Source of the DNA: Camelus dromedarius
Lineage: Eukaryota
Length of the DNA: 64,000 nucleotides
Assembly (NCBI RefSeq): GCF_036321535.1
Contig: NC_087437.1
Location: 50,656,001-50,720,000, forward strand
Direction of reading: 5' to 3'
Shown: positions 25,240 through 37,530 of the stretch, one piece after another
How positions within the stretch are numbered: the stretch's first letter is position 1
How the letters are laid out: every line of letters starts with the position of its first letter
Notes under the pieces: model-generated
The model's database searches: none
The model's input: the letters and a program-made list of their open reading frames with translations, nothing else
Told to the model about the DNA's origin: nothing
Position numbers and translations under genes: made by a program

Positions 25240-25535
25240 GTTTTTATTTCAGCTTTATTGAGGTATAACTGACATAAAATTTTAGGTGTTTATAGTGTGT
25301 ATTGTAGTGATTTGATACATGTATACATTGTGAAAGGACTCACCCTATCTAGTTAATTAACACAGCCACCACTTCAGACTTTTTTTTTTTGATAAGAACA
25401 TTTAAGCACTACTCTCTTAGCAAATTTCAATTATATAATAGTCATCAATTATAATCATCATTTTTTACATTAGATTCTTAGACCCTTATTCATCTTATAG
25501 ATGAAAGTTTACACCTTTTACCAACCTGTTCCTAT
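25240..25535 (-). mobile_element. LINE-1 3' end fragment
   Basis: cagctttattgaggtataactgac...tactctcttagcaaatttcaa is the reverse complement of an L1 3' UTR. Confidence 0.75.
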
Positions 25536-26409
25536 TAATTCTTTTTAAAAACAGTGATCTATTTATGACATGAGTTGGACTAAACAGGAAATCAGCATGA
25601 TGACTTATTCTAGACCAGTCTTCTTACAATAAGCAAAACTTACTGTAAACAAATGTACCATTTTGCAAACCATGTTTATATTAAACAAAATCCAGGCAAG
25701 AAAAGTTCTCTACATTAAATTTGATAGTTTCCATACATGGCTTAGCTTGTTAGACAGAAAGTATGAGCCAATGAAAGCAAGTTGTTGTCTTTTACTGCAA
25801 CTATTTCTAATGTATGCTGACAAGTAATATACTAATATTGTTTAATCAACTTGCCTTGACTCATTAGACATTATGCACACTATGTACTCTTTGCCATGAC
25901 TGTTAATTTTCATAATATCTCAGAAAAGATATTAAACATTTCATAGATATCACCTTTTTGTTTTTCATTATTAATTTCTAAATGCCTATTATTAAGCATG
26001 CTGACATTTGTCACATATCTTACTAATACATTTCCCCCAATTTTTCATGTGTCTGTTTTTAATGGTATAATCTATCATTCCTTTCCCTTTCTCTTAAACC
26101 TAGAAAAGCTTTCCCACCCCAGGATCCTGCGATCCACTCTAAGGCACGGGGCAATTGGTCCAACATTCAGGCTCTCTCACTGCAGAATGAGCTCTGTCCC
26201 TCAGGGCAGAGAAAATTACCAAATTCTTCCTCTCTCCACAAGCATGCCAATGGTTCAAACTTGTTTTTCCAGAAACAAAGTGAGCTTAACAATGGGAAAA
26301 ACTAATCTGTTTTGAGTAGTCTCCCATGGTTTCCTACAGACCCCCAAAGAATAGTTTACAGTGATTCTGTCTAGTTTCCTCAGTGAAATGAAGCCAACCA
26401 AACCTTCTA

Positions 26410-26620
26410 AGTATTTTTAACACATGTGACCTCATTTAATGCTCCCAAAAAGCACACCAGGAGAGTATTATTACTACCTTCCTGTTACAGGTGAGGAACC
26501 TGAGGCAGAGAGGGGTTAAGCAATTTGCCTGAGTTCAGGCAGCCAGCTGGAAGCGTCAGAGCCCGGGTCCACACCCAGGATGTCTAACTCCTGAGTCTGT
26601 GTTTCCAATCACTATGCCCT
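26410..26620. mobile_element. MIR SINE
   Basis: ttacaggtgaggaacctgaggcagagaggggttaagcaatttgcc core. Confidence 0.75.
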
Positions 26621-27440
26621 ACAGCCCTCTACGTAAGGCACGGACGTACCTACTGCGTCAGCATCACTTCTGTGGGAAAGCCCGAGCCTTCGGTACCGGG
26701 TGCACCCAGGCCCAGGGGGTGAAGACCCCCACTGAGCTCTGCTCCATCCCACTGCACCCAGGGGAAGGACATACAAAGTTCTGATGACAGTAAACACGGG
26801 GCCGTCAGAGGGACATGAGGTCCTAAGTGAACGCGGTGCCAAAACATGCTGACAGGTGCCACCCATGGAGGGAAGCGGAGGGTCACCACCCTCCTCCCCG
26901 CGCTGGTGCGCCGTCCCGTGTGTAAAACAACAGCCGCACGGTTGGTTCGGAAGCTTCTCTGTTTCGTCTCCACGTGCGTCGCTCACCGGCTCCTCCCAGG
27001 AGTCCTACGGAGGAGCTTCTCGCATCCTCACCTTACGCTTGAGAAAACCAAGGCCAAGAGGACCCGTCATCCCGCAAGTGGGGGCGGCAGGGCCGGTGCT
27101 GCCGAGCTGGGGCTGCGGGTGCGACGCCGAGAGGGTCCCGCGTGCTGAGGGCAGACGGTTGGGCGTTCGGCTTCACCTCCCCGAGCCTCAGTTTCTCCAC
27201 CTCCAGAGCCTTTGGCACGTCTGATGGTGGGGATTAAGTAAGAAAGACACGGCGGAAGGTACCCAGTAAACAGCAGGGGCTCTTTTTTTTTTTTTTTTTT
27301 TTTTTAATTAAGAGGTAGTAGCCAGTGGGCAAGAGCTGCTTGTAAAACTTAATTCAAAACAGACCGTGGAGAAACCGCCCAGAACTTTCCCTCTGCTCAC
27401 ACATGAGGTGGGGACACAGCCTTGACAAAGCCACCTGTCG

Positions 27441-27448
27441 TGTGTGCG

Positions 27449-27492
<44 letters not shown>
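27441..27492. repeat. (TG)n microsatellite
   Basis: Direct observation. Confidence 0.95.
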
Positions 27493-27495
<3 letters not shown>

Positions 27496-28085
27496 GCTGG
27501 GACTGCTCTCTGGCAGGTGTGATGGTGTCAGAGTAAGAAAGAACCACCTAGGGGTTCAGCAGAGCAAAATTCATTCTGCTATATTGCTATTGAGAAAGAT
27601 CCTCAGTTTGAGAGTGAAGGTACATAACGCAAAAGTGGAGAAGAACCTGGTTTTGCCCTCTCCCTTTGACTGTCAACATGCACTTACAATAGTGGCTGTG
27701 GGGGGCAATCATAGCTCTTTCCTGGGTAGAATGGAGCAGACAATCTCTTACCTGTCGATGCCTCACTGAGAGTGGAGGCCTGGCTGCCACCCTCGCAGTT
27801 GCCTGCAGTGTGGTGACTTCCCAGGTCCCCACTCTGCTCCCAAGGACCTCTGCTCCCCTAAGCCCGCCTCCTGTTAGAGATTCATGCCCTGGCTGCAAGT
27901 TAGACTAGCCTCGTTCCCAGGTCCCTATGATTCTTTGTTCTTACTCCTCACTGAGGAGGCTGATTTAGACCTGGGGACAGGAAAAGCCTGAAAGATAGAC
28001 ATATTTTCACCTTTGGAAGGCAAAGCCACAATTCTACATGTCTAAGGAAAAGAGCAGGCACGGGAAGCACATCTCATCAACTTAC

Positions 28086-28178
28086 CTTCAGCAGCATTTG
28101 GTACTTTATAAGTCTCTGGCTTGGTCCTCTCAGGTACTTAAAAAGAGGGAGCGTGTGACCCAGTTGACGCTGGCATAC
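28086..28178 (-). CDS. MCF2L2: MCF2L2 coding exon (VCQRQLGHTLPLFKYLRGPSQRLIKYQMLLK)
   Basis: tcaag|GTA...AAG|gtaagt; 93 nt; DH CR3-like PSQRLIKYQMLL. Confidence 0.95.
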
Positions 28179-28840
28179 CTTGAAAAGGCACACAGAAACA
28201 ACTTAACACACACACAGAACAAAAGTGGCAGCATTTAAACACAGTGGTGAAATGGGCTTTTTGTGGACAGGAGGAGCAGCTGTGTCAACCAGTTCTGTAA
28301 TATGATTGGCTGTTCAGTCCCTCAGGAACAGTGTGTAAAATGAGAGAAAGGGGAAAGGGGTTGTGCTTGGCTAATATTTTTATAGGCAATTAGGGATGCC
28401 AGACCATTTATTTCTTTTAGAAAGCAAATCCCCTAGGAGGGGCATTTCAAACCCTTCTGAAAACAAGGCAGCCTGTCTTCGAATTGGGGCTTAAGGGTGA
28501 TGGAGTCTATTCAAGGGTACATGATGGCTTATTGATATCATTCCAGGGAGTCCCAAAGTGTGACCCTTTGGACTTAGTTCCACTTGCAAAATCCATCCTA
28601 GAAGAGGATCCTGGTTTTCTCACCAGCCTACAGCTGCTCCTCACAGGGCTGTCCCACAGAGACTCGGGGCAGCATTGAAACTCCCAGTGTGTAATGTCAA
28701 CATAGGAGAGACTTTTAATAAGCTTAAATCTCAATGTCAGATTCCTCTGCCTAATTCATACTTTCGATTTCTTTAAAAATTGGATGCACACATTGTCAAG
28801 GGAAAACAATTTGTGGGAGACCTTAGAACCTCAACATTAC

Positions 28841-28933
28841 CCCAAAGTAGGTGCAGTCTTGACATTCTTGCCAGATTGCCCTGGCTCGGGGCAGATTCTT
28901 ATGGTATTTAAAATATATTTGAAGATCTTCTTT
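28841..28933 (-). CDS. MCF2L2: MCF2L2 coding exon (KEDLQIYFKYHKNLPRARAIWQECQDCTYFG)
   Basis: cag|AAA...GGG|gtaatg; 93 nt. Confidence 0.95.
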
Positions 28934-30749
28934 CTGGGTGAGAAAAAGTTAGAACAAATTAATCAGGTAGCATTTTTTCAGTCAGTGGACAGGATAATAT
29001 AGTTCATTCATTCATTCAGTGGGCCTGAGTATCTTCAACATGTAAGGAACTGGGGATACACAATAAATAATCTTATGTTGGAGTGAGTGTGTGATGAGGA
29101 GGTAAACAGAGGGTTACAAACTACACAGATCTGAACAGAGTACTGTGAGAGCAGCTATAGGACACTGGTAAATAAGTAAATTCATGAACAGGAGTCAATT
29201 TTTATCTTTATCCTTTCTCCTCGGCTCTTTATTTGGGACACCAATATCTCCCCCAAATAGCTCTGCACTGAATAATAAAACAGGCAATAAAAATGCTGGT
29301 AGCTGATGGCTCCTTCTTTCTCTCTCCCCACTCGCTCCATATTACAATTATTATGATGCCAACCCTAAAAACACAAAAACAAAAACCTAAGAAATGACCA
29401 AAAGGTAGAAACACCCAGAAGGAAAATGTGGCAGTTTGGACACAAACCTAAGTGGTTCAGGCAACCCTGCAGCAAAAGACCCTGAGGCAGGAAATCTACA
29501 CGATGATCTCAGTGCTAGAGATCAAGCGGGGCTCCACGTGCTGTGTGACCCATATTCTCACTATATCAAAGGCCATGAGAAGTGGGCACATGTCTGCCAA
29601 TATCCCAGACAGAAAGTCCATCCCAAGCCTACGGAGTCAGTTTGCCATGTTTCATCCACTCCATCAGGAGAACCTGGTCCACGTGGGTGTGCTTGCCACA
29701 GAGCCCGGGCTGCTCTGGTGGAGATGACCACGTGGCCCCCTCCTTATGAATTTCTGTGTCCCTATCCTCCTGCTCAGGCCACTCTTGATGTCTTTCATGT
29801 GGAATTGGGTTATTTTCTCCCTTACAGCTTCAACTATTCCTATTTTTCTTCTAAATATATTACTGTGGTGAATTATTTCTGTTTCTGTAGCTCTTCCCTT
29901 CTCCTGATGGATTGTAAGTGGTCATTTCACTTTACTATAAGAACTACAGCAACCCTGTCCTTTGCTATTCTCTCCAGAAAAAATTACACACACACACACA
30001 CACAAATACATTTATAGAGGCAGCTGGCCCTTGAGAAGTGTTGTTCAGACTGGTTAAGAAACTAGAATAATAATTCAGAGCTTAGCAATAATGCCTTCAT
30101 TATTCATTCACTCTAGAGCTATCTGTTGAGTGCCTTTGATGTGCCAGCCACTGTGTTGAGGACATTTGTTAAATTCAATGGCTCCCAGAGCATAGAGGCC
30201 TAGACATGGGTAACACTCCTGCCATCCTGAAGTCCAGACTTATAAAACACTACAAATTGGTTAAGGCGTCTCATCCACCCTTTGTCTGTCTGAGCACAAA
30301 GACATTGACCTTTAGCTCCAAAAAGGATTCAAGGTTTCACTGCTTTCAACACTCACCACCAGAAGATTCTCAGAAGCTGGAGGAGACTTTGGAGATCCAG
30401 CCTTCCACCCAGGGAGACATCCCCAAACTCTCCCAGTAACAGAAAGGGACCTGGTTCTTGGAGGATGCTGAGCTGTTACCTGTGTTCCTGAAAACTTCAC
30501 CCCTTGGTCCTGTGCCTGCACTTTGAGCAACACAGAATGTCACAGGCCTTCAAGTACTGAAACATAACTATTGACCTAAATTTGTTCTTCAGTCCAAAAT
30601 TCCTTAGAGAGAGCATGTGTACTAACTAGCAGAATATGCAAGTGCCCAATTCCCCTTACCTCTTTATAGAATATATCAAGAGGCTAAAAAATTGCTACCC
30701 CAAAACTCATATTCACATAGGGAGACACGATTGCTTATGGATTAGGAAG

Positions 30750-31200
30750 CCTGTAGGCTCTGGTGGTGGATGGCCCAGGTTCAGTTCTTGGCTTTGTTAG
30801 TTACAAGCTATCTGGTCTGAGGTCAGTTACTTAACCTTCCTACACTTCAGTTTCTCACTTGTTAAGTGGGCTCACAACAGCAGTGAACTCCTTTGATTGT
30901 TGTGAGATTAAATGAGATGATATACAGAAACCTCTCAACAAATGCAGAGTACCTGATACAGGCAGAGTACACGACAAGTGGTAGCTATTGTCAAAGCACT
31001 TTTTACCTTGTAGAGCCCTTCCGCATGCATTATTTTACTTGGTTTCCACATAACTTGACATACCGATATTACGAAGCTTGTTATATGGTGTAGGAGAGTG
31101 AGACTCCGGGGGTTTGAGTGACTTACTTGAGATCATGCTGATAGCAAGCAGCTCAACTCAGATAAGTTTTCTGAGTCTCACTCCAATGCTTTTTCCATTG
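30750..31200. mobile_element. Two MIR fragments
   Basis: cagttacttaacctt...cttcagtttctcac...ttgtgagattaaatgag, plus an opposite-orientation core near 31090-31140. Confidence 0.6.
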
Positions 31201-33012
31201 TACTATGTGAGATCTCAGAGCAAATGGAACTCAAAGTTAACTACTGACAAACATTATTCTACATAGAGCTTGGTCTCTGGGACAGAATCTTCCTGTATAC
31301 TAAGGGCTATTAAGTCTGATTAAAACACTCAGCCAGAACAATATTTCAAAATTCATTTCCAAGATAAGTGGAAATCTGCAAATATTACTGAGAAGAGATA
31401 AACTGCCATAGTAAATAGTGGGTTATGGGCCTGCCTTATTGGCTAACAAATACAGGTCTTTGCACAACAGTGGCCAGTTCCCTCAAGGATTCTCAAAGAT
31501 TAAGTAATTGTGGTTTTTTAATTACCCCATTTGTCCCAGAGGAATAGCTTTGTGCTTGATAAAAATTTATTATCTGTATTTTGCCTCCAATATCATAAAT
31601 CATATAGGATTATATGCAGAGTTTGTGGCCTAGATTAATGCTTTCTAAGGTTTCTCCCAACATGAGGGACTACAAAAAGCTTTGTAAAAATTTAGGAGAG
31701 GAATTCTTCTAAGAAAATGTTTAGTTAGTAATTCTCTAACAATTTTCTCATACTTGGACAGTTTTTAATGTGATGATATCCATTTTTTCCCACAGGAATC
31801 TGGTCTTTTTCTCATCCAACAATTTTTATAAGTCTTTGCAATAATGACATAAGCAGTTGTGAAATATTTCTAAACTCTGCAACTAGATTTCACAATGGTG
31901 GTTTGATGAGAACAAAAGTGCAAAATAGTATAAAACACTAATAATGCTATAAAGGTAATTCAAAAGGAAATTAATCAGATTGAATACAAAATGGTTTTTT
32001 TATGTATCTTGAATTCTGGCACTGGATGGAAAACCTATGGTGAGGCTGTGATGGAAAGCCTAGACAGTGCTATGGCAGGGGCCTTCCAAGCAGGTCAAGG
32101 GCCCTGAGGGTTGAAGACTCTGTTTCTCCATCATGTTGAATACCTCGAAACTTGAGGACTTCTGTTTGCTTGTTTTTAGGTTATCACAAATACTGCTCTC
32201 AGACTTATCAGCCATAATTTGAACTGTTGAAAAATATTTAAGTTTTTTGATCTGTTGTCTCCAGTTCACGAAACGAAAACAATCAAGAAATGCAAAGAAG
32301 GGCTGATTGGGATAGAGAGAAGAAATGGGAGAGATTTAGAGAGCAGAGCACATGGGGATCATCTGCACAGTCCTCCCAAAGGGAAGGAAGCACTTGATGG
32401 GGAATGATGTTGGTGGCAGCACTTCTCTGTGCCAGCTCCCAGGGAGCGCCAAAGCCAGGAGGAGAACCGGCAAGAGAGAAGAGGTCTGCGTGGTGGGAAG
32501 GGAAGTAAGTGGTCAGAGGTATGGTGTTGGAGGACAGGAAGTTCACAAATTGGGTGCTAAGCATAAAAGAAGCTGTAGATTTTTCGAACTATCCTCAATG
32601 CTGTAGAAAATAAAATGGAAGAAAATACATTTTCTGAGAGTTTCAGTTTAATACCAGCACTTTCTCGAGAGTGTTAATACAACTTTAGTGAAGAATTTAA
32701 GCCTGCTGTGTAAAACAGCTTAGTCACTCAGAGGAGGACCATCTACTATGGGGGTCTGGGGCCAGTCTTCCATTTCAGGGGCTTTGCAGGAAGTCAGGCT
32801 TGCAGTCATAACTGCCTAGCAGTGTGAGCTCAGTCAAAGTGGACTCAACTCACATAGGTTGAAGTTCTGCAAAGGACTCCCACTTTGCATTTAAAGGCAG
32901 ATATAAGTTTCTAGACCACTAGTGTTTCTATTTGCCCTTTCCACTTATACAGAAAATTAAGGGCTGACTTTAATTGCATGGTTATTTTGATTTATTGGGA
33001 GCACAGACTTAC

Positions 33013-33082
33013 TCTCTTGAGAAAGCAACGTGCCAGAAGTTCAGGATTTTCAATACACTTTTCCAATTCTTTTAGAAAAGTC
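33013..33082 (-). CDS. MCF2L2: MCF2L2 coding exon (TFLKELEKCIENPELLARCFLKR)
   Basis: ctag|G ACT...AGA|gtaagt; 70 nt; phase matches the previous exon. Confidence 0.95.
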
Positions 33083-34248
33083 CTAGGGAAAGAAAAGTTT
33101 AATAATGCTTTGATTTTTACACATACAGGGTTAACACAATTTTTCAAGTAAAATCACATTAAGTTTTAAGAGGCACATAGAAAAATGCTGGTTTTCCAGG
33201 CTTTATTGCTTCTGACTCATCTTCAACACATTGATTTGGAAGGAAAAAAGGTATTCTGTGACATTACCAGGATTCCCTGAAACCACCCACACCTGTTCTG
33301 ATAATTCTAAGCCCTAGCCACAGACAGACTGGGTGCACTGCTGATCCCTGCTACATGGCAATGACATTAACAAGAACTGCTGTTGGGGCTGCTACTACTA
33401 CGACCATTGAGAGCTTACTATAAGTCAGGCATAAGCTAAGTGCTTCGAGAACAATATCTCATTTAACCCTCCACCAAAGCTTGCAAGATAGGGTTTCATA
33501 AATGCGAAGCCTGAGGCTCAAAGGGGCTGAATAATTTCTCCAGGGAAAGTAGAAGAAACAGGATTTCCATTCAGTATCGTTTCTGAACAACAGATAAGAG
33601 ATGTGGTAAGGAAACAACTGTGGTTCAATTCACCAAGCAGTCTCTTCCCTCCTATCAATTCAACTTGTGATCCTGGGGCCATTTTTAGTGGGTAAAGTGA
33701 GTAAACAAGCTGTGGTTTTGTTATCTGTAAAATAAAAGGGCTGGAAGATGATTTCCAAAGTCCTTTCCTTCTCTCATTCTCCGGAACCCAATACCCAAGC
33801 AACACCAGGCTAACAGGACAAGTGACTGCCCGGTGAGCATCTTCTAACACCCTGGGTCCCAGCACTCCCCTACGGTAATAGGTATGTGGTCATGTGTCTT
33901 CATCATCTTTGTATTCCCAATGCTGAACACAGAGCCTGACACAGAACAGGGGCTCAATAAACACTGACATGTGAGGAGATAAATAAGCAAAGGAACTGAC
34001 GAATGACTACAGCGTCAATGCCTGGCACTAGTACATGCTCCATTAATGTCTCTTCCCTTCTTCCTTGGGGATCCTGTGGCGCTTCTCCCCTCCTCCTCAT
34101 CCCATCCCTCCCGGGTCCTGTCCACTGACTCTGGACTACTTGCTTAAGCCTGAAAATACCTAAGCACTTTCAACTCTAAATTCCATCAGTCTGATTCCCA
34201 TCCTTCTCTTATTTTCCATTTTCCCTGGTAATTTGAATGATTATATAC

Positions 34249-34364
34249 CTGTTGTGGAATTCGTAAAGTTCTCTAATATTCCCAAAGAGAAAGTCCTTGT
34301 TATTCTGAAGAACATCTGGAATTAGATGCTTCAGCCAAATAAAATCCATTGGAATGATATATCC
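34249..34364 (-). CDS. MCF2L2: MCF2L2 coding exon (GYIIPMDFIWLKHLIPDVLQNNKDFLFGNIRELYEFHN-R)
   Basis: ctgcag|GGA...AG|gtatat; 116 nt; DH motif LFGNIRELYEFH. Confidence 0.95.
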
Positions 34365-34763
34365 CTGCAGAGATGGAAACAAGGTAGGTTTTACAAATAG
34401 GAACATATAAGAGATGATCTGAATTAGCCACTCCAGGGACCAAAACTTAAATAATTGGGGAATATGGCATACATGTTTCCTGAAAGCCATTCCCCAAAAT
34501 ACTTTTTTTGGATATTATTTTCCTCATGTGTCCATCTTCAGAAGAAGATGGCTTTATGGCAATGATAATACAGTGGAATTTTTATAGGAAAAACAAATAT
34601 ATTTTTAAAAATATGTTGTATAAGTCAAGTATGAAAGGAAGAATCTTACCCATCATTTTGTGACCTGATGCAATTACTACTATCTTACTTTATTTCCTTC
34701 ATGACTTTTTAAAAGCTTATTTTATATGGTTATAATCACAGTACATATATAATTTTTAGTCTG

Positions 34764-34877
34764 TTTTTTCCATTTTATTTTATTTTATAAGTTTTTTTAA
34801 TGGAGGTACTAGGTATTGAACCCAGGACCTCATGCATGCTAAGCATTTGCTCTACCATTGAGCTATATCCACTCCCC
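34764..34877 (-). mobile_element. tRNA-derived SINE (camelid Vic-1-like)
   Basis: Minus strand reads GGGGAGTGGATATAGCTCAATGGTAGAGC...GAGGTCCTGGGTTCAATACCTAGTACCTCCA followed by an A-rich tail; A and B boxes visible. Confidence 0.8.
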
Positions 34878-35469
34878 ATATACATTTTAGACTCTGCTTG
34901 TAAATTTCTACATGTATTATTTTTAATTTAATCTTATGAGCACTTATTTTAATGTTGCTGCCTGTTATTAAAAATAATTATTTTGTAATAGTTGAATAAT
35001 GACTTTATCAATCATTCCCTTTTTTATTGGACATTTAGTTTTCTTCTGATATTTTATTGTAAAAATTTTCTATTATAACTTTATACATATAATTTATTCC
35101 TCAAGATTATTACCTTAGGAAAGAAGGGAAAATACAAATTTTCACTCTTAAGCAAAAAATGCTACTTAATGAGAAACAACTCTCCCTTATTAAATTACCA
35201 AAGGCATTTAAATGATTATATCCATTATTGGCAAGCGTATGGTGACCCTAGTTGAACATTGGTACAATCTTTTTGAAGTTATTTGGTTACATGGATCAAT
35301 AGTCATTAAGTATGTTCTTATTCCTGCTAAAAGAACACTTGTGATATTATAAGATGTGAAACTTTGGTAGGGATTCTAAAGACATATGGCAACTATTTTG
35401 AGATTCTTCCTGCAACAAAACTTCTGTGGTTTGAATACTTACCATGCCTTCTGCCCCAAATCTACTTAC

Positions 35470-35536
35470 ATCAATTATGTTCTTAATCTCCTTTATATAA
35501 GTCTCTTCGGTCTCAAGCAAGTCACATACAATGTGC
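35470..35536 (-). CDS. MCF2L2: MCF2L2 coding exon, start of DH domain (HIVCDLLETEETYIKEIKNIID)
   Basis: ttcag|G CAC ATT...ATT GAT|gtaagt; 67 nt; DH CR1 motif LLETEETY. Confidence 0.93.
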
Positions 35537-36123
35537 CTGAATCAGCAGCAGGTAGGAAGATGAAAGAGAGAGAGAGACAGTGGAGGAGGGGGAAGCAGTG
35601 ATTGAGAATTCTTTTAGAATAATGGTCATCAATATAGTTTCCCTTAGTGGCTCACCTACTTAAGTTGTGGTCAGTTCATTCTGTTCTGTTGAACACCCAA
35701 GGCCAATATCTCACAAAAGCACACTCTAATCACACTGGCATGAGAAGAAATGGCAAAGTTAAAGGGCTCAAGATCCATCTGTGCAGCTAGAGAATGACTT
35801 ATTCTCCAGTGGGCCATAGCATGGGGGTCAAGAGGGCAAAAGTTGAAGTCAGAAATACCAGGTTTGGATCCCTGGTCAGGAAGGTCTGCCTGACCCCTAC
35901 ATTGTCCATATGGTTTCCTAGACTTTCTCTCCAGCCTTCTGCTGTTTCATTGTTCATAGCAAGATCTCTGACCTACATGGATGCATTTCGTTGTACACGG
36001 GGTTGGATGGATGTCTGTCCAGCCTCATTCCTGTGGCATTCCATGCTTCCATTTTTGGATTGATTTTTCTAAGCCAGAAGACATGGGCTCTGTCTGCTTT
36101 GCTTGAGGAAAGAAGGTGTGGGG

Positions 36124-36703
36124 TGTGGTACACAGAATTCTAAGATGATCCCCAAGATTTCTGGCCCCTAGTATACACACACTTCCTCCCAGTTAGTCAA
36201 CCAAACACTGATATAAGTGCTGCTATGAAGGGATTTTGCCAGTCTGTTTTGTTTCAAATCAACTGACCTTAAGATAGGTAGATTACCAGGTTGGGCACAT
36301 CCTAACCACATGGACTCTTTAGATCTGGGTCTAAAAGTCAGAGAGATTGGAAGCATGAGGATTGAACACAAGGGAGATTCTACTTTGCTGGGTTTGGAGA
36401 TGGAGGAGGTGGGGCATGTAGCAAGGAACACAGATAGTTCCTAGGAGCTGAGAGTCGCCCCCAGCTGACAGCCAGCAAGCAAACAGGAACTTTAGTCCTA
36501 CAACTGCAAGGAACTGAATTAGGCTACAACCACACGAACTTAGAAGGGGAGATCTGCGAAGAGCAATTGGCCAACATCTTGATTTAATCTGTGGGACTTG
36601 AGCAAAAAGCCAGTCACGTTATGCCCAGCCTCCTGTCCCAGGGCAATTGTGAGCTGAGCTGCTAAGTTTGTGGTAATTTTTTATGCAGCAATAGAAAACT
36701 GAC
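36124..36703 (+). mobile_element. MaLR solo LTR (MLT1E/F-like)
   Basis: tgtggtacacagaattctaagatgatcccc...gctaagtttgtggtaatttttatgcagcaatagaaaactgaca. Confidence 0.8.
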
Positions 36704-36979
36704 AGAAAGAGTGAGGCCAGTTCCCACATTTACCTCTAGACAGGCTGCTTTCTTTCTCTCCTCAGGCCGTGAAGGCACACTTTCTTTCAGGCCTCCAAGT
36801 GAGTCAGTGTTTGTACAAATGTTTGTATGTAGAATAGATACACTTATGGTTTCCTGTGAACTGTTAGTGTGTTATCTATTAAACAGTAGCTTATCCTAGT
36901 AAAGGGTTTCTTTTCCTCTCATAAGAATGGGTAAGGCAAGGGACAGATAACCAAAAGACATGATGTAGGAAATATATAC

Positions 36980-37530
36980 ACATACACAAATGGCTATTAG
37001 TCTTATGAAAAAAATGCTCAATACACATTAATCCAACAAAGGCATATTAAAAAGAAGTAACAATTGTCAACTTCTATAGCATGGCAGACAGTTCAGACTG
37101 GCAGATGTGGATGTGGAAACACACTCAGATAGTATTGGTGGAAGTGTAAGATAACTTAGAAATATCTCATCAAAATTTAAAACACACACACCTTGACTCA
37201 GTAATTTCACTTCTAAATATATTCTCTGTTTGTAATTAGAACAATAGAAATTATTTAAATGCTCATCAATAAATTATGGTACATATATATGAAATGCCAT
37301 GCAGTTTTTAAAAAGAATGAAGCTGACTGAATCATGCTGACATGACGTGGTCCAAGTATTTTAAGTGAATTAAAAAAAAAAAAAAACAAGATGAACAACA
37401 GTGTGCATAGTATGACTATTTGTGTAAAAATTAGTGTGGATGTATACATAGATGTAAAATTGTATATGCTTAGAAAATTCATGCAAAGAAACTTAAGACA
37501 TTGTCAACAGTGATTGCTTTTAGAGTGATA
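36980..37530 (+). mobile_element. Very old LINE-1 (L1ME-like) 3' fragment
   Basis: Degenerate ORF2-end and 3' UTR motifs (aaatgctca, aataaattatggtacat, gcagtttttaaaaagaatga). Confidence 0.55.

Noticed and set aside
29436..30017. 193-aa plus-strand ORF
   Set aside because: TTG start, no homology recognised, and it runs into low-complexity and (CA)n sequence.
34795..34877. Possible tRNA-Ala gene
   Set aside because: It has mismatched stems and an A-rich tail, and matches a tRNA-derived SINE rather than a functional tRNA.
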